Positions 45,158-58,946 of a DNA stretch of 64,000 bases are shown one piece after another. Under the pieces are notes generated by a model. It ran no database searches. It worked only from the letters and a program-made list of their open reading frames with translations, and was not told the origin of the DNA. Source of the DNA: Entomortierella parvispora E1425 (lineage: Eukaryota; Fungi; Mortierellomycota); NCBI GenBank assembly GCA_020891255.1, contig BQFW01000013.1, positions 682,001 through 746,000 of the forward strand, given 5' to 3'. Each line of letters opens with the position of its first letter. Position 1 is the first letter of the stretch. The position numbers were made by a program, and so were the translations under genes.

Positions 45158-47260
45158 ATGGTCAATCACAGCAATGACGCGCCAGAGGTCCCTCTGGCCC
45201 TCGTCTCGAACGCATACCTAGACGAACTCACCGCCGGTCTGAGAGCACGCCCCATTCCTTGGGAGGTAATGAGACCACGGACCATTGACAGCTCATGGCC
45301 GCATTAGACCCATTGCATCGCACTTACTCTTTGTTCGTACTTTTGCCTTTCGCTGTGAATAGGGATACCAGCGTGCGACTCTTATCACCCAAGACGAGCT
45401 CACTTATATCAAGGCCGTAGACAAGAAGACAGGCGAGGATCTCTCACGCGTCGTGGACCAGGTACTGTTTTAAGGTTGAGCCCCGTCATCACCAGCAAGC
45501 TTGGGAGACGGGCGAAAAATTGACCTTCAGTCTGTCGTCCTCGTGAACATTAGCAAGGAGCTGTCTATGCAGACCTATTCATCAGCCTCCTTCAAAAGCT
45601 TGTGCGCGTGGACACCATCCAGTCTATCCTGATTCTCATTGACGACCTTCTGCTTGGTACTTTATTGTGTCTTTGGCTGTCGATGGTATCACGCTGATCA
45701 ACTGCGTCCATGCTGACCATTGAACTTGAACGCTTGCACCATAGATCACGAAGAGCGAGCCACATATTTCCTTGCCTTGTCAAAGAACGATCCAGCTCTT
45801 CCCTATGCGCCATTGCTAAAGTATTACACCACGTTTTCTTGATGACTTGAAGTTCTGATATTCATAAAAAGTGTCTGACCAGAGCCTGCCACGTTTTACT
45901 CCTAGGTGTTTGAGAAGTGAGGATGAGTTTGTGCCATTGAAGGCGAGCAAGATTCTCACAATCCTTCTTGGAGCCAGCCCAAAACCAAGAAAGGAGGCTG
46001 CGCAAGAACTCTTCCGCTGGACTACCGCACAACTTCAAAGCAACAATCAGGCGGTCGTGGATTTGGCAGTCCAGGTGCTGGAGTCAGTTCTTCGTCAACG
46101 GGACCTTCGGCTTGTCTATTGGGATACCCCGCACGCTATGGATGCCCTTGTCCGGATTTTGAAAGCAGCCTCGCCATCACCCCAGATGCAATATCAGGTT
46201 ATCTATTGCTTCTGGATCTTGACTTTTGATGCCGAAATCGCAAAGGATCTTAACAGGTACGACCGCCATTGATTCCAACCACCACAAGATGTACTGTTGC
46301 TGACTTGTTCATTCTTTGTAGAAAATACGAGGTTATTTCTCATCTTGTCGACATTGCCAAATCTGCCATCAAAGAGAAGGTTATTCGTGTCATTGTCTCC
46401 ACTCTTCGTGTAAGTAAGCATTGCTGCTGAATTCTCGGTGAAACTTCAAGTATATCATGTAGTCTCAACCTATCTTCTTTGTCAATCTGTATAGAATCTT
46501 GTGGAGAAGGCACCCGAGGCAAACTTGGCCGCAATGGCAGCTGCGAAGCTGTTAACCTTCACCGAGAACTTGTCGACTCGAAAGTGGTCAGACTCTGAGA
46601 TCCTGGAAGATGTCAACTACTTGAAGGCAGAATTGGAGGAAAACTTTCAGACATTGACGTAAGTACAGGACTGATGAGTCTCTATCAATATTACTACTTT
46701 GGCGTAGTTGGACGCACTGACATTAAACGGCTGTATATGTTTAGGACGTTTGAGGTTTACCAGGCAGAGCTCCTGTCAGGACGGCTGACATGGTCGCCGC
46801 CTCACCAGTCTGATTTGTTTTGGACCAAAAACTGGAGGGAGCTGAAGAGAGAGAACTATGCTCTGCTCAGGTAGGATACCCTCTTCCTCTTTACTCATGG
46901 TCATTCGCAGGCCAATGTAATCTATACGTTCGCTAATGATTTTTATTTCAGGGTTCTTGCTCGTCTCTTGAGCACTACCAGCGACACTGTGGTTCTCTCT
47001 GTTGCAGCGAACGATATCGGGCAATACGTGAAGAAGGATCCCAGCAGCAGGAAGTATGTCCAGACAGGTCTACTAAAAAAAAAAGACTCCTAAGGCTATC
47101 CCTAACCGATCTCATGTATTCTTTTATGTATAGGTTCTTGCAGGAGATTGGTGTCAAGCAACGTATCATGGAGCTCATGTCTCATCCAGACCAGGAAGTG
47201 CGCTACAATAGTGTGAACGCGAGTTGGTCGTTGATCGGAGGTGGAGGAGGAAGGGTCTGA
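45158..47260 (+). CDS. VMA13: V-type ATPase subunit H (about 10 exons); C-terminus atypical
   Basis: Motifs RARPIPWEGYQRA, QMQYQVIYCFWILTF, KEKVIRVIVSTL, RKWSD, FEVYQAELLSGRLTWSPPH...FW.KN and VAANDIGQYV. Confidence 0.95.
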
Positions 47261-47457
47261 GCAAGAGCAACTAGCATGACAGATTAAAAAGGTGATTTTT
47301 TTATTTTGATTTTTTTTGAGAATATCTTTTATTCGCGAAATATACCGTCGTTTCCCAAGTTCAGATGGAAAAGATCTTTTTTTGTACAGGTGAGCAACGT
47401 TGCATGGAAGGCTACAACTTTGCGCTACATGGGGGATTTCTCCTTTTCAAAGAAATC

Positions 47458-47742
47458 TTAGACATTGCGCTGGATGTCGCCAAGAGCCTCGTTGGCATGT
47501 CCTCGAGCCTCCATGGACTTGTCGCCGGTCAAAGAGCCGACTCTGGTCTGTGCCTGGCCCTCCACCTTGTGTCCGACGCCGTCAGAGTGGGTCTTGGCAT
47601 CGGCGAGTCGCTGGGCAGCGTCGGCCTGGGCTTTCTGAGCAGCGCCGTCGGCGGCAAGATCTGTGAACCCAAGAGTTTGACCGATGGTCTGCTTGGCGCC
47701 TCCGATATAGGAGTTTGCGGTGTTGGAAAGTCTTTCGGTCAT
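47458..47742 (-). CDS. CsbD/LEA-like small hydrophilic stress protein (94 aa)
   Basis: G.AKQTIG.TLG and VEG.AQTRVGSLTGDKSMEARG repeats typical of CsbD-like fungal proteins, with strong codon bias. Confidence 0.85.
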   Translation of the reverse strand: MTERLSNTANSYIGGAKQTIGQTLGFTDLAADGAAQKAQADAAQRLADAKTHSDGVGHKVEGQAQTRVGSLTGDKSMEARGHANEALGDIQRNV

Positions 47743-48266
47743 CTTTTTTTGTGGTTGTTTGAGAGGTGTTTGGTTTGTGTTTTTTCAGAGGGGATGAGAG
47801 GTATTAGGGAGGCGGCGAGACAATGCGTGCTTTTATTCTGTTTCGTTCATGGATGACGGACGCAATATCATGGTGATGTCAGGTTGGGGACAGTGGACAG
47901 CATTGGGTGCACGCGCAACGCTAGAGCCCGTCAAACACATCGCGCTGGTCATGATGACCACACACTTCACAGGAGGGCCTAAAAGCAACGCCATAGCGAT
48001 GGTGCCACCGGACAGTGTGCAAAGCTTGACATGGCACACAGCACAGCACAGCACAGCACAGCACCAGCCCTGTCTCATCACCTACCTGGCCCTGACCTGC
48101 CAGCTATCGCGCGTTCGTATGGTTGCAATGGCTCTCAAACTCCGAAACAACGGCCACAGAACGCGCCTTCGCCTGCAGTCAGTGTCGACATGAAAATGGC
48201 GTCTTGCATCATCACCCTGACAGAAGTGTCATGCTTCATCCACCTTGAACATTAAGTTCGGATCCA

Positions 48267-50492
48267 ATGGAGAACATCCTGGCAGAGGTAATGCTGGCAA
48301 GTTGATCGATGCATACCATTCAACGCGACTTTTTGGTCAAAGTGTTGACCTGTTTTTGTCATTATCTCTATGTCCACCCAACTGCCCAACAACCCCAGAG
48401 TGGTCAGTCTAACCGCGACTGCCAACAGGAGTATCTCCGGCCTGACAAGAGGGCAGAGCTTCTGGGGGGGATACCCGCTGAAGCAACACTTTTAGACGTA
48501 GCGCCACCAATAGCGCTGACGCTCACAGCGCCTTTTATTGAAGGACCTCCCTTCATCCAAATGAGATCGACAACGCCGCCGACAGTCGTGGATCGGGATG
48601 CGTGGCAGGCAGACCTAAATCCGGGACCACTGGGATTGACAACAGAAATGACCCAGACCTGGTATTGCCTTTCCTCAGGAGACCCTAGCGGACAATCGAA
48701 TTTCAATGACGAAGCCAGCACTAGTGCTATTGCTAGCGGCGACGGCAAGCTAAGCTTGAGACAACAGAGCCAGTTGATTGGAGACGGGATGTGGCGGAGG
48801 TGGTCAGGGTTGAGCTCCCTGTCTTTCATGGCCTCTTCTCACGATCATATCAGACGGGATTCCTCTTTGAAAGAGCCATGGCGGCCCTGGGTCGAGGATG
48901 AGCCACGGCTGGACAGTGAGTTTGGGGCGAGTCTTGTGCAGGCGCAAATTCAAGCTCTTCAAAGCACCCCATCCTCCGTTGAAGCACCATACCAGACCAA
49001 CTCCATCCCTGCAGTTCCCAAGACATATCCTTCATACTTGCAGCCAGCCCACTCCACCTCACAGGAACCCCTTACTCTGACGACTTTATCTGACTTGAAT
49101 CAACTTCGAACGGATCCATTTGCAGCCTCATTTGAAAAGTATCTCGAGTCGTTGCAAGAAGCTTCGGTTTTCAATCTACACTTGCCACCGTTGAGCTTGA
49201 TCCTCGAGGCACCCCAGAGATTTCCGACCTTGACTGTCGACCACGATCACGGAGCCACTATTCTGCCACCAATCAAGAAACTCAACTCCTGGATTGCTGA
49301 AGAGTCAACCTCTTTCCCCATGCCGTCCGTGCCTCTGAGTCCTTCGTCTGTTCTTCTTCCAGAACTCGTCCCGGACATTCCTCTTTCAATCCTAGAGTCA
49401 GATCACGGCTCACACGGACGTCCCACCATTGAATCTCTATCGTACACAAGCATCAGGATTGCAGACGAATTGGCAAGGGAGGCGGGCGTCGAAGCATCAG
49501 CTAAACTGGAGAGAGCCATGAAGGCAAGTCGGAATGCCATCAACACCAGCAAACAAGCCGAAGAGAAGTTGCGCGCTGCTCTCGATATCTTTCGTCCAGA
49601 CCCAGAACAAGGACTATCCGATCCATTGCGTCAGCTGGGGCTGCCAGTACCCTTGTCGATTCAAGGACAGGGTGTCGCAACCAAGAATTCGCCAATCCGG
49701 ACCAAACCAGAGACGCAAGTAGAGTCGAGTGGTCGTGCAGGAAATGGACTCGTGCTATATCAAACGAGCGGTCGCGATGCCCGTCTACCCAGCGGTCAAT
49801 TCAGTCCCACCGCAAGCTACAACGGTAGCTCAGTTCAATCACATCGTTGGTCGCCAGTCAAAACCGTCGGTGGTTCTTACGAAAAGGGCCGGCCATCAAA
49901 GCGAGCCAAGCATGCAGCGAGCGACCCAGGCGAAGACCAATCATCCAGTCTACTTGAAGATGGACCAGATCTTTTCAGCCAAGATCTATTGAGTCAATTG
50001 ATGCAATCCCCTACCTTCGTGAAGACTGTTTCTCACAAGTCGCCTCAACCTCTCAGTGGACGACCCGAACTAGGCAGCTCGCACTCATCGACGGACGTGC
50101 TGATGCCTGGATCGGTGCTCACTACGAATCGACCTAGTTCTGTGAACTCTGTGAGCAAGGCGAGAGACTCGAATATGAATCAGCAACAACTCCCCGTCGT
50201 AGTGACTTCTGGAGATCCCGAAACGACAGCACTGGGAACGTCGGTACTGGATCCAGCCATTGCAGCACAGGTGCAAATCAAAACTGATGCAATTTTCCGT
50301 CAAAGCATGCAAGTGTGTCAGAGGTCTGCTGAGGAAGATCGACTGGCAAATGAAGCGATCCGACGGTTCATCCTTGCCTTCCGACAGGCGGACCATCTTC
50401 GACAAGTGTCTGCATCGACCGGAGCTTCGTTCTACAATACGGCATCTTTGCCGCTTTCGTCTCCTCCTTCGTCCAAGCGGTCCGTCTCGTGA
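48267..50492 (+). CDS. Hypothetical S/P-rich protein (~694 aa); exons 48267-48287, 48429-50492
   Basis: 2-kb open frame. A short upstream ATG exon with GTAATG donor and CTAAC...CAG acceptor joins in frame. Confidence 0.65.
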
Positions 50493-51366
50493 TCCTATGG
50501 ACTAGACAGAAAGGGCATTCTCCTTTGATCTTTTGTAATAAAGATGTAGCCAAAGGCCCACAATTTGCAAAGAGAGAAAACTTTTTTGTGCAAATGGTTC
50601 ATTTATTTCTAAACATTATCTGGAACAGCAATTGGACAACTGTAGTACCTAACTGAAAGAGGAAAGAGAAGCATGGATAGGTCAATACTTTTGTTCTTTT
50701 TCCTTTTTGTCGTTGTGTTTTTTTTGAAATGGATCTCAAGTTCATGGAGGTTGGATGGCAATGAGTCAGGTCACGAAGGAAATTATCCTCAGAAAGAGTA
50801 GGAAGTCTAACATATATATTGTGATACATCATATTGCACGTCCAAGGGATATGAACAGGAGAGGGGGAGGTAGGAGGTAGGGAAGTTTGGGCAAGAGGTT
50901 TACCTTTTAGTTCCTTTGAGGAGGAAGTGGAAGGGCAAGGAATGTGACGGAAGGGTTGATGATCCAGAAAGAAAGGAAGAAATGTGTCTTTTTATACTGG
51001 GTTGTTTTGATTTTTTTTTTTTTTGCTGGAGTTGGACTCCTTAAGAGCTGAGAGCAGTTTTTTTTTTTTTTTTTTTTTTAATGATACAGGTGGAGGATGG
51101 GTATAAAAACAGGAGAGCTATCTACAAAGCAGAAACAAAAAGGTGCTGAAAGACTGAATGGGCAGAGGGAGTGGAGATGAGATGCTTGTTCTGAACAGGA
51201 TACAACTGAAAAGACAAAAAAAAAAAAAAAGATGCTAGACTTGCAATGCTGTTGGTTGAACTTGCTGTGCTGTGTAGATGACTGTGAGTACGTGAGTACT
51301 GTGCTGTGTTGTGTGGTATTGCGCTGTGTTGTACTGCGAGCTGTATGTTTTGTTTTGTGTGGAGGG

Positions 51367-54300
51367 TTACCGTTGTGGCAAAGGTCGGGTTCGGTCTTGG
51401 AACAGTAGTTGTGATTGAGGCGACTGGAGCTGGATGGGCGTGAAGTTCGACGCAAAGGATGCTGAAGTCAACGTCCGCGTCAAGGGTGCCTTGCTGGTCC
51501 CAGTTGTTGTCGAGGTTACCACTGTGGGTTTGCTGGAAACAACAGCGGTCGCAGGAGGAGCATTCATCACCATTACCGACTCTGTCGGACAGGGCGATCC
51601 AACGGTAGCCGGAATCGTGATAGAGGAGCTCAGCGAGAGGGATGCCGCCGACATGGCGGCCGACGGGAAATGTTGGATCAATTTGGTCTGCAACAATTGT
51701 TGATGTTGTTGATGGCTCTGCTGCTGAAGCAACTGCTGTTGCTGTTGCTGCTGTTGCTGCTGTTGAGCTGCTTCGGCCGCTGCAGCCGTACCCATGATTC
51801 TCATCGCGATTTGATGAGGCGACTCGACTCGTCCATTCATCTTCATCCCCAAAACTTGCAGCGCCAAGCCCATCAAGTCGCGATCTCCTTTGTCTTCTTC
51901 GTATTCAAAAAACACTCCGCCCTTGCTGGCCATGGCCGTAGCCACGCCAAAGGCCGAGAGGGCAAGACCAGTCTCGTCCTTCTCCAATGGCTCGCGCGAG
52001 ACTGCATCTTCTCCCATCATGGCTTGGACAAGGACAGGCCCTGCAACAGCTCGAGCAGGCAACTGACAGATCACTGTCTCTGCTCCATAAAACTGCACGT
52101 TGAGTGCTGGGACACCATCAAAGACTGGGACCATCCCTGGAAAGAATCCTTTTCCCAACAAGGTGACCTCGATCCCACCCTGAATCGGCCCACGCGCCGG
52201 GATCACTTTCTGGACTCTGGGCACCACCGATGTGGCCCGACCTAGACCGGCGACAGCCGCAGACTCCATAGGATCCGCTTGCATTAACGGCAGGGGCGAA
52301 AACAAAGGCTGATTCTGCCGGGATAGGTTTGTCTGCTTGAGTTGCTGTTGTTGTTGATGAAGTAGCAAAAATTGGGCAGCGGCAACAGTTGCAGAGGCAT
52401 TGCTGAGCGCACGCGCTGTCGATGCTGTGGATGCAGTTGCAGACTGAGAAGCCTGTGGAATCGAATAAGGAGGCGGCGAAGGGGATGGGGGCATGTTCAT
52501 CGACGGTGCTTTGGGAGATACCATCGGTGAACTGGCTGCGGAAGACGTTGAACCCATTACCGTGGTCGAGACCCCGACCTGTGCCTTGCGTGGACGACCT
52601 CGCTTCTTGGGAACTGGAGTCCTTGTTCCATCAATTGAGCCTGATCGTTCTTCTTTCTTCCATTGCATACCTGAAGCTGAAGAAACACTACTTGACCTTC
52701 TGTACTGGTTTTGCTCGTCAATATCAAGGGTGTCGGCGGCTGTGACAGGGATCTGCATGAACGCACTCGAAGATGGATGGTGTGTGATGTTGGATGGCAT
52801 CCTGTACTGAAAGGCATCCATGTTTGGTGCCGGCATTGTTGCCGAGAACGGGACCCAAGCAACTGATGACATTGGTGGTTGCGAGACTGAGGTCATTGCA
52901 TGATAATTTGGTCGATTCAGTTCATGTTGTTGTGAATCTTCGAGATTGATAAAGTGGTGTTGCTCCGATCCAGGCGAGGCTTGAAATGAATCCTGGAAGG
53001 TTGACGATGATGAAGCAGAAGAGGGGAGCTGCATCAACATGTCGTTGTTGGTGTAATCCATCATGGGTATAGTGAAAGAGGCGCGTGTTCGAATAGGGGC
53101 AGGTCTTGGTGGGGGTGAACTCGCAGAGCCATCCAAAGTCGTAAAGTCCTCCATCATGGACCTTGACTCTGCAGAGAGGTGCTCATTCTCATCCTTGATC
53201 CGGCTTGGAAAGGTGTCGTTCCAAGCGTTTGCCTGGGCAGGTAAGCCCATCATCGCCTGTGAGAATGAGGGCGCAAAAACATTGTGCTTGTCATCGTTTG
53301 CAAAAGGCGAACCGGGCATGAATGGCCAGACTGGAGTTTGAGGCTCAGACTTGATCGGTACATCGAACCCAGCAGGGGTTGGCAATATGCCGTGGCTAGT
53401 CTTTCGCTTAAAGGTTTGCTGCATCTGAATGTCTTCTTTTCGCTGGTCATCATCCACCCGACGTTTGGAGGCTGCCCTGAAAGTTGCTTGTTCCAGAGAC
53501 GGGAGCATGTCAGTTTCTTTGCTTGCCCATCCTTCGTCGTTGTCGTCGTCGATATACGGCTCTGGACGACCTGCCTCAAGGTCCAGGTCATCTTCCTCCA
53601 TAACTTCGAGTTTGGGTTCCAAAGTTCGCTCAAAGTAATAGGTGTTGTCCATGGTCGGCGTGACTGGGCATGAAAGGGCGGGTGTTGATCCCGATCGCTG
53701 CGTCGTGTTCATTTCAGGAACCACAGAAGTCGGCCTAGTAGGTGGCTTCTTGCCAGATTTGTGGTCGTCCATCATCATAACAGGGTTTGTCAATGCCGAT
53801 GTTACGATTGCTCCTGTCCAGTCCCTGGCAGTGAAGAGTATCCTGTAGACATAAAAAGGACAGGGGAGGGCAGTTCATTCAAAGGCAAATGTCAGTGACG
53901 GTATCAGAGGGGAGAAAAAGTCAAAAAGGAGGTCCGTTTGGACCCTCTAATTTGACTGTTCAGTAGCATGTGCCAAAGAGAAGGCGAAAATATCCTGTTC
54001 CATAGCTGCTTGCTAGTCCTTGTGGATGTCAATCAGCTGAAAGCGAGAGTTTCCATTGCCCTGCTGCAGCTCAATCCTCCCCTGCCAAGACTATGGACCG
54101 AGCAGAGTTCCTTTTCATCCCTCGCTATCCGATGGCGATTGTCACGTCCTGATGTTGTCTCCATGCCTCCTTTAAAGTGCCTTGCACAACTGCCCAAACA
54201 CTCACCGAAATCCAATCTTTTCGCCATGATGCCTGCAGTAGCATGTGATCCGAGTGGGCAGAATGCACTCGCCGGAAGAGACATTAACGTATTGGGTGCT

Positions 54301-55024
54301 GCTGAAGACAATGATTCTGCTTCTCTCCCAAGCCTCATAAGCAGCTGGATCAGTTGGTGAAGGGGGGATCATGTCCTCGCCGCAATCGTCACCTGTTGGA
54401 CCTCCTTTGTTTGTGTCCCTGAGCTGCTGCTGCTGCTGCTGTCTTTGAAGCTGTTGTTGTTGTTGCTGCAGCTGCAGCTGCTGCTGTTGGTGCATGCCGG
54501 AGATTGGGGTGGAACCCAAAGCTCCTGGCAGCTTTTGAGTCTCCTTTCTCCGGTGTGCGCGTTTCCTTTCTCGCCCAATACAGTTCTCACAGCACTCGAG
54601 GACCTTGGCCGTATCCTGGTGACACACCAGTCGGCTTTCCAAGGTCAAAATCTCCGAGTCTGCCAAGTTCTTGTCACGACCTATGAACATATGTATACAA
54701 GTGTGAGCAAATATGTCATTCGTACATGAAGGCTGAGAACCAACTGGGACAGTCCTTATTACCATTGTACTTGGTCAAGCGGTGCTTTTCTTTTGCAATA
54801 AGGTCGCGTGGCAGACGGAATTGTTTCCACTGGCGAGCAATCTCGCCTTGAGCGTCCTTGATGCAAAGACCGATTTTGAGTTGGGTCTCGACACGACACT
54901 TTGCATTCTCGGCAGGAATGCCGGTGATCTCTATCTGGAAGCTGTTGTTGTTCCAACGAGGAGAGAAACCAAGAGTGAGTCCGTTTGTCGAGGGTGATGA
55001 CGGGAAATGTGGTGTAGAGTTCAT
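51367..55024 (-). CDS. Spt23/Mga2-family transcription factor with IPT/TIG domain and AT-hook, lacking ankyrin repeats and TM anchor (1070 aa); exons 55024-54763, 54680-54206, 53842-51367
   Basis: Motifs KCRVETQLKI, CENCIGRERKR, LPTRITCYCRHHGEKIGF, MDDHK, IPT domain (PRVQKVIPARGPIQGGIEVTLLG) and LMGLALQVLGMKMNG. Confidence 0.9.
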
Positions 55025-55912
55025 TGAGTGGTGCTGCTGAGCTGTGAATGAAAAACAAAAAACACAGAAATAAAATTGAGAGGTGTGGAGGAGGAAAGTT
55101 GCGAGATGGCCCTGTCTCGCCTGTGAGCGGGGGACTAAAAAAAACACAGAGCAGTCTGGACACTGAGCACCTTGGGTTCAGTGGAAGCAGGGACAGCTGC
55201 GTGGATCGACGCTCTCACAGATCAAATGAAAAGAAGTAGGTGGCCCGAGGAACGGACGGGTTGTGCAAGAAGTAGGCAGAGCAGCCAGTGAGAATGAGAG
55301 GTGAGGGACTGATGCACGCGGAAGGAAAGAGGAGACGAGAGGGGGAGAAGGAGGAAAGATGGAAAGGAGGAGGACATCCCACCCGTGGGATAGTAACAAA
55401 GAGAGAAGAAGAGGAGAGAGAGCGAGAGAGAGAAAGAGAGAGAGAGAGACGCATGAGGGAAACGACTGGAAGAAAGAGGACTCTCTTCAGTCAGGCGAGC
55501 AACGGGGAGGGAGAAGGGGAAGGGATATCAGGCACAGGTTGCCCCCCTCTCTCTCACATTCTGCGAGCGGATGGGAATGAATGGGCCATGGGGCAATGGC
55601 TGTCGAAAGGAAGCAATGCCATCAAGCGGGGCAGGCAGCGGAGAGCGGTGCTTTCTTGAACAAATGGCACCATCCCCGCATCGCTGCATTGGATGCCAGC
55701 CGTTGCAGAATGACCAAGATGGTGCGATCGGACATTGGACAAAACTCACCCTTCCCGAGGAGTCATGAAGGCACTCGCGGATGAAGGAATTGGGAGGAGA
55801 ATTGGACAGCGGTAAAAGAAGGTGAAGGAGGCGAAGACAGAGGATGGAGAAAGAGAAGAGTGGAGAGACAGAGACAGAGAAGTGAAGGTGAAAGACGAAA
55901 AGGTGTTGAGAG

Positions 55913-56067
<155 letters not shown>

Positions 56068-58946
56068 TGGGTCGAGTTGTCGAGAGTCAAGAAAGGAAGA
56101 AGGAAACAAAGAGAAGAGAGCAGGGTGAGGTCAAGGCTTTTTGGGTCTTCAGTCGTTACATGCGATGCACTTCCTTCCTTTGGCTTCCTTTACTCCTGTC
56201 TTGTCTTGCGCGCGCAAGCAGGCGAGAGGAGTCAACGTGGGCACGATGGCATCAATGGGAAGGAAAGGATCATCATCCTTGACTCCTCCGCGACGAGGAT
56301 GGCCCTTTCTCTTGCAACAACAAAAAGCAACCTTGCCATGCATGCATGCACATCCTCACCACCACTGACAACATGTCAACAATTACAACCGCATCACAAC
56401 AACAGCTCCTGTTCATCGTCCGCTCTCCCCTCCCTCCGTAGCAGGCAGGGAATCAAAGTACACAGCCAATTGAAGATGGTCCATGAAGGGACGACGCGCA
56501 CTCCCTGTTTCTGTCATCTGTCTTTTTACTTCTTGTCGTCGGAGCTGGTTCACCCATCTGCTCGTCTGCTCTCGTCTGCTCTGACCCCCCTTTCCTGTCG
56601 AATCGCACCTCGAGTGGCCGAAATGAAGGAGGGAAGGAAGGAGGGGGTTCAACAGTTCTTCTCCACACAAGGAGAGCGTGCGCTGACCATCTCGTCGGGC
56701 TGCACAATCATCATCTTTCTTTTCAATTTTTTTTATTCATTTCTTTTTGCAAATGGCCGGTGAGCGATGAGCGCCTCGAGGATTGCGATGGCGTATTCCG
56801 GCTGTTGAGGAACACAGGACAAAAGAAACGACGGAAAGAATAGAACGAATGGTCAACCAGCCAGGTTAGTGAGTTTGGGATGTCCTGACCGAGACACCAA
56901 AACGATCGTCCGGCGGGACTCTTCACCCCCACTCCGCCCTTTGATCTCCTTTCTTCTTCCCATTCAAACGACCCACAACTCCAAGGAATCAGATCTTGGC
57001 CTTGGGTCAACGTGGAGTCAACCATTGAGCACCTGCCTTCCTCTCTGTGCTCCTTGTTTCTTTTCGTTTCTCGCTGTTGCTCTTGCTTTGCAACACTTAT
57101 TTTTTGGTGTCTCGTTATTTCATTTCCGTTGCAGTGGGTCGCAAGCTGGCGGGCGGGGCGGGATGGGCACGGACCGAGAGCACCGAGCCTTGCATTCTCC
57201 ATTTCATTTTTTGCTCTTTGTCTCTGTTCTGTCTTGCCTCTCCAGCGGCTTGGGTGATACCGATATCCGACCCGGGAAGGAAAGGGAGAGCCAAGAAAAG
57301 AAAGACCGCGCACAGTGCTTCCATCCCCTTTACTGAATCGCGTTATCAGCGCGTTTCTGCATTGGGACCAAAAACGATCTAAACATGTGTATAGATGTGG
57401 ATTGAAGGTGTGGATTTGTGCTCTCGCTGTTGTTGTGTTTGGGTGTTTGGGTTATTTTGCAGTTGCACCTCGCCTCGTTGACGCCATTGTTCCCCCGTCG
57501 TCTCCTCCCTTCCTTCGTTCAAGGGAAAACATGGTTGTTGATGTCGGGGTGGAATGTCAATCCCCTCCTCTCCTTCTTGCTCCGTCTTCTTCTCCTTGGC
57601 CTTTAGCCCTCGTTGTCTCCATCTGCACCCTCAGCCTAGACAATAACCACATTACAGAAAGTACAACAACAACAACAAACAAACAACCACTGCCACCTCC
57701 ATCCTTGGGCCCTTTTTCGCTGCCAGTGTGTGAGCTGGGGTTGAAAAAAAGAAAAATGACTCGACACAAGGCGTGTGGGAGAGATGATGGATGACCAGAG
57801 GAAAATGTTAAAAACAGGCACAGAGAGAGAAGCCCTTTTTGAGTTCAAGGCCAATTGCGCAAGAGTAGGCTGGTCTAGATCGTTTGCACTCATGCAGTGT
57901 ATTCTCCTTTTCTCTTGCTCTTTACCACAGTTTTGGTACGATGACCAAAAAGGTGAGGCGCACTGTTCACCCTTTGGGCAAAGAGCCAGCTCCTGTGCTT
58001 GTGCTGCTATAAGGAAAGACAACAAGGATCTTCTTGTCGATGCGGCAAACTCCGCTCAAGGAAGGGCGCAGGAAAGGGGAGCAAAGGAAGGCATAGAGAG
58101 GTATTGTTTTTTCCTTGAAGAATGGTGAGATCCTGCTCACTATCGATGGATGGATGAAGATACCGATTTTTGTTGTATTTTTCTCAATTCAATAGATTCG
58201 ATAAGGGAATGAAGCCTCGCACACGCCATGTCGATCAAATCACCGACCAATGTGGGGGCGGCGTGTGCACATCGTGGAGAAGAATCTAGAAAGCAAACCC
58301 AAGTGCCCGTTGCATTCATGCACCAACAGTCTGATACCTCTAGAGAGATGTGCGGCTATTGCGCACCATACGGTTGAACACGCGAGCAATTTGTAGCAAC
58401 TATTCCTGAGCAGGGCAAAAGATTAGACTGAGGATAATACCTCCTTGGTACAAAAGGGACGTTTTTCTCCATGCTCCGTCCGGCTATTCGTGCTGGGGCA
58501 GTGGGGCAGAGACATAGAAAGGGGGCTATGCATTCCTCTACATTCTTTCGATACAGCCTGGGGCACACAGGGTTCATACACTGCCCATCCACAGCACAAC
58601 ACACAACAGCTACTGCACCTTGGACACGTCATATTTGCTCTCTCTCTGAATGGGCGACAATTACATTTTTTTTGCGCCACCTGCCACGACGCGACATTGC
58701 TCGCCTCCCTATTTTTTTATGTCCTACATTCCCCTCCTTGACCCACCTTCCCTTCCCCCCTCTTCGCATCCCTTCTCCTTCCTCATTTCCTCATTTCCTC
58801 GTCATCACCATCCATTAAAAGAACTTCCACGTTTCAAGCAGAAGGCCTAGCACGAGCACGCCATCATCCTCGTCCTTCTTGATCACCTTTATCTATCCAA
58901 GGATCCCATTTATCGAACCGTCTTAGATAGCCGATAGCTACAAGCC

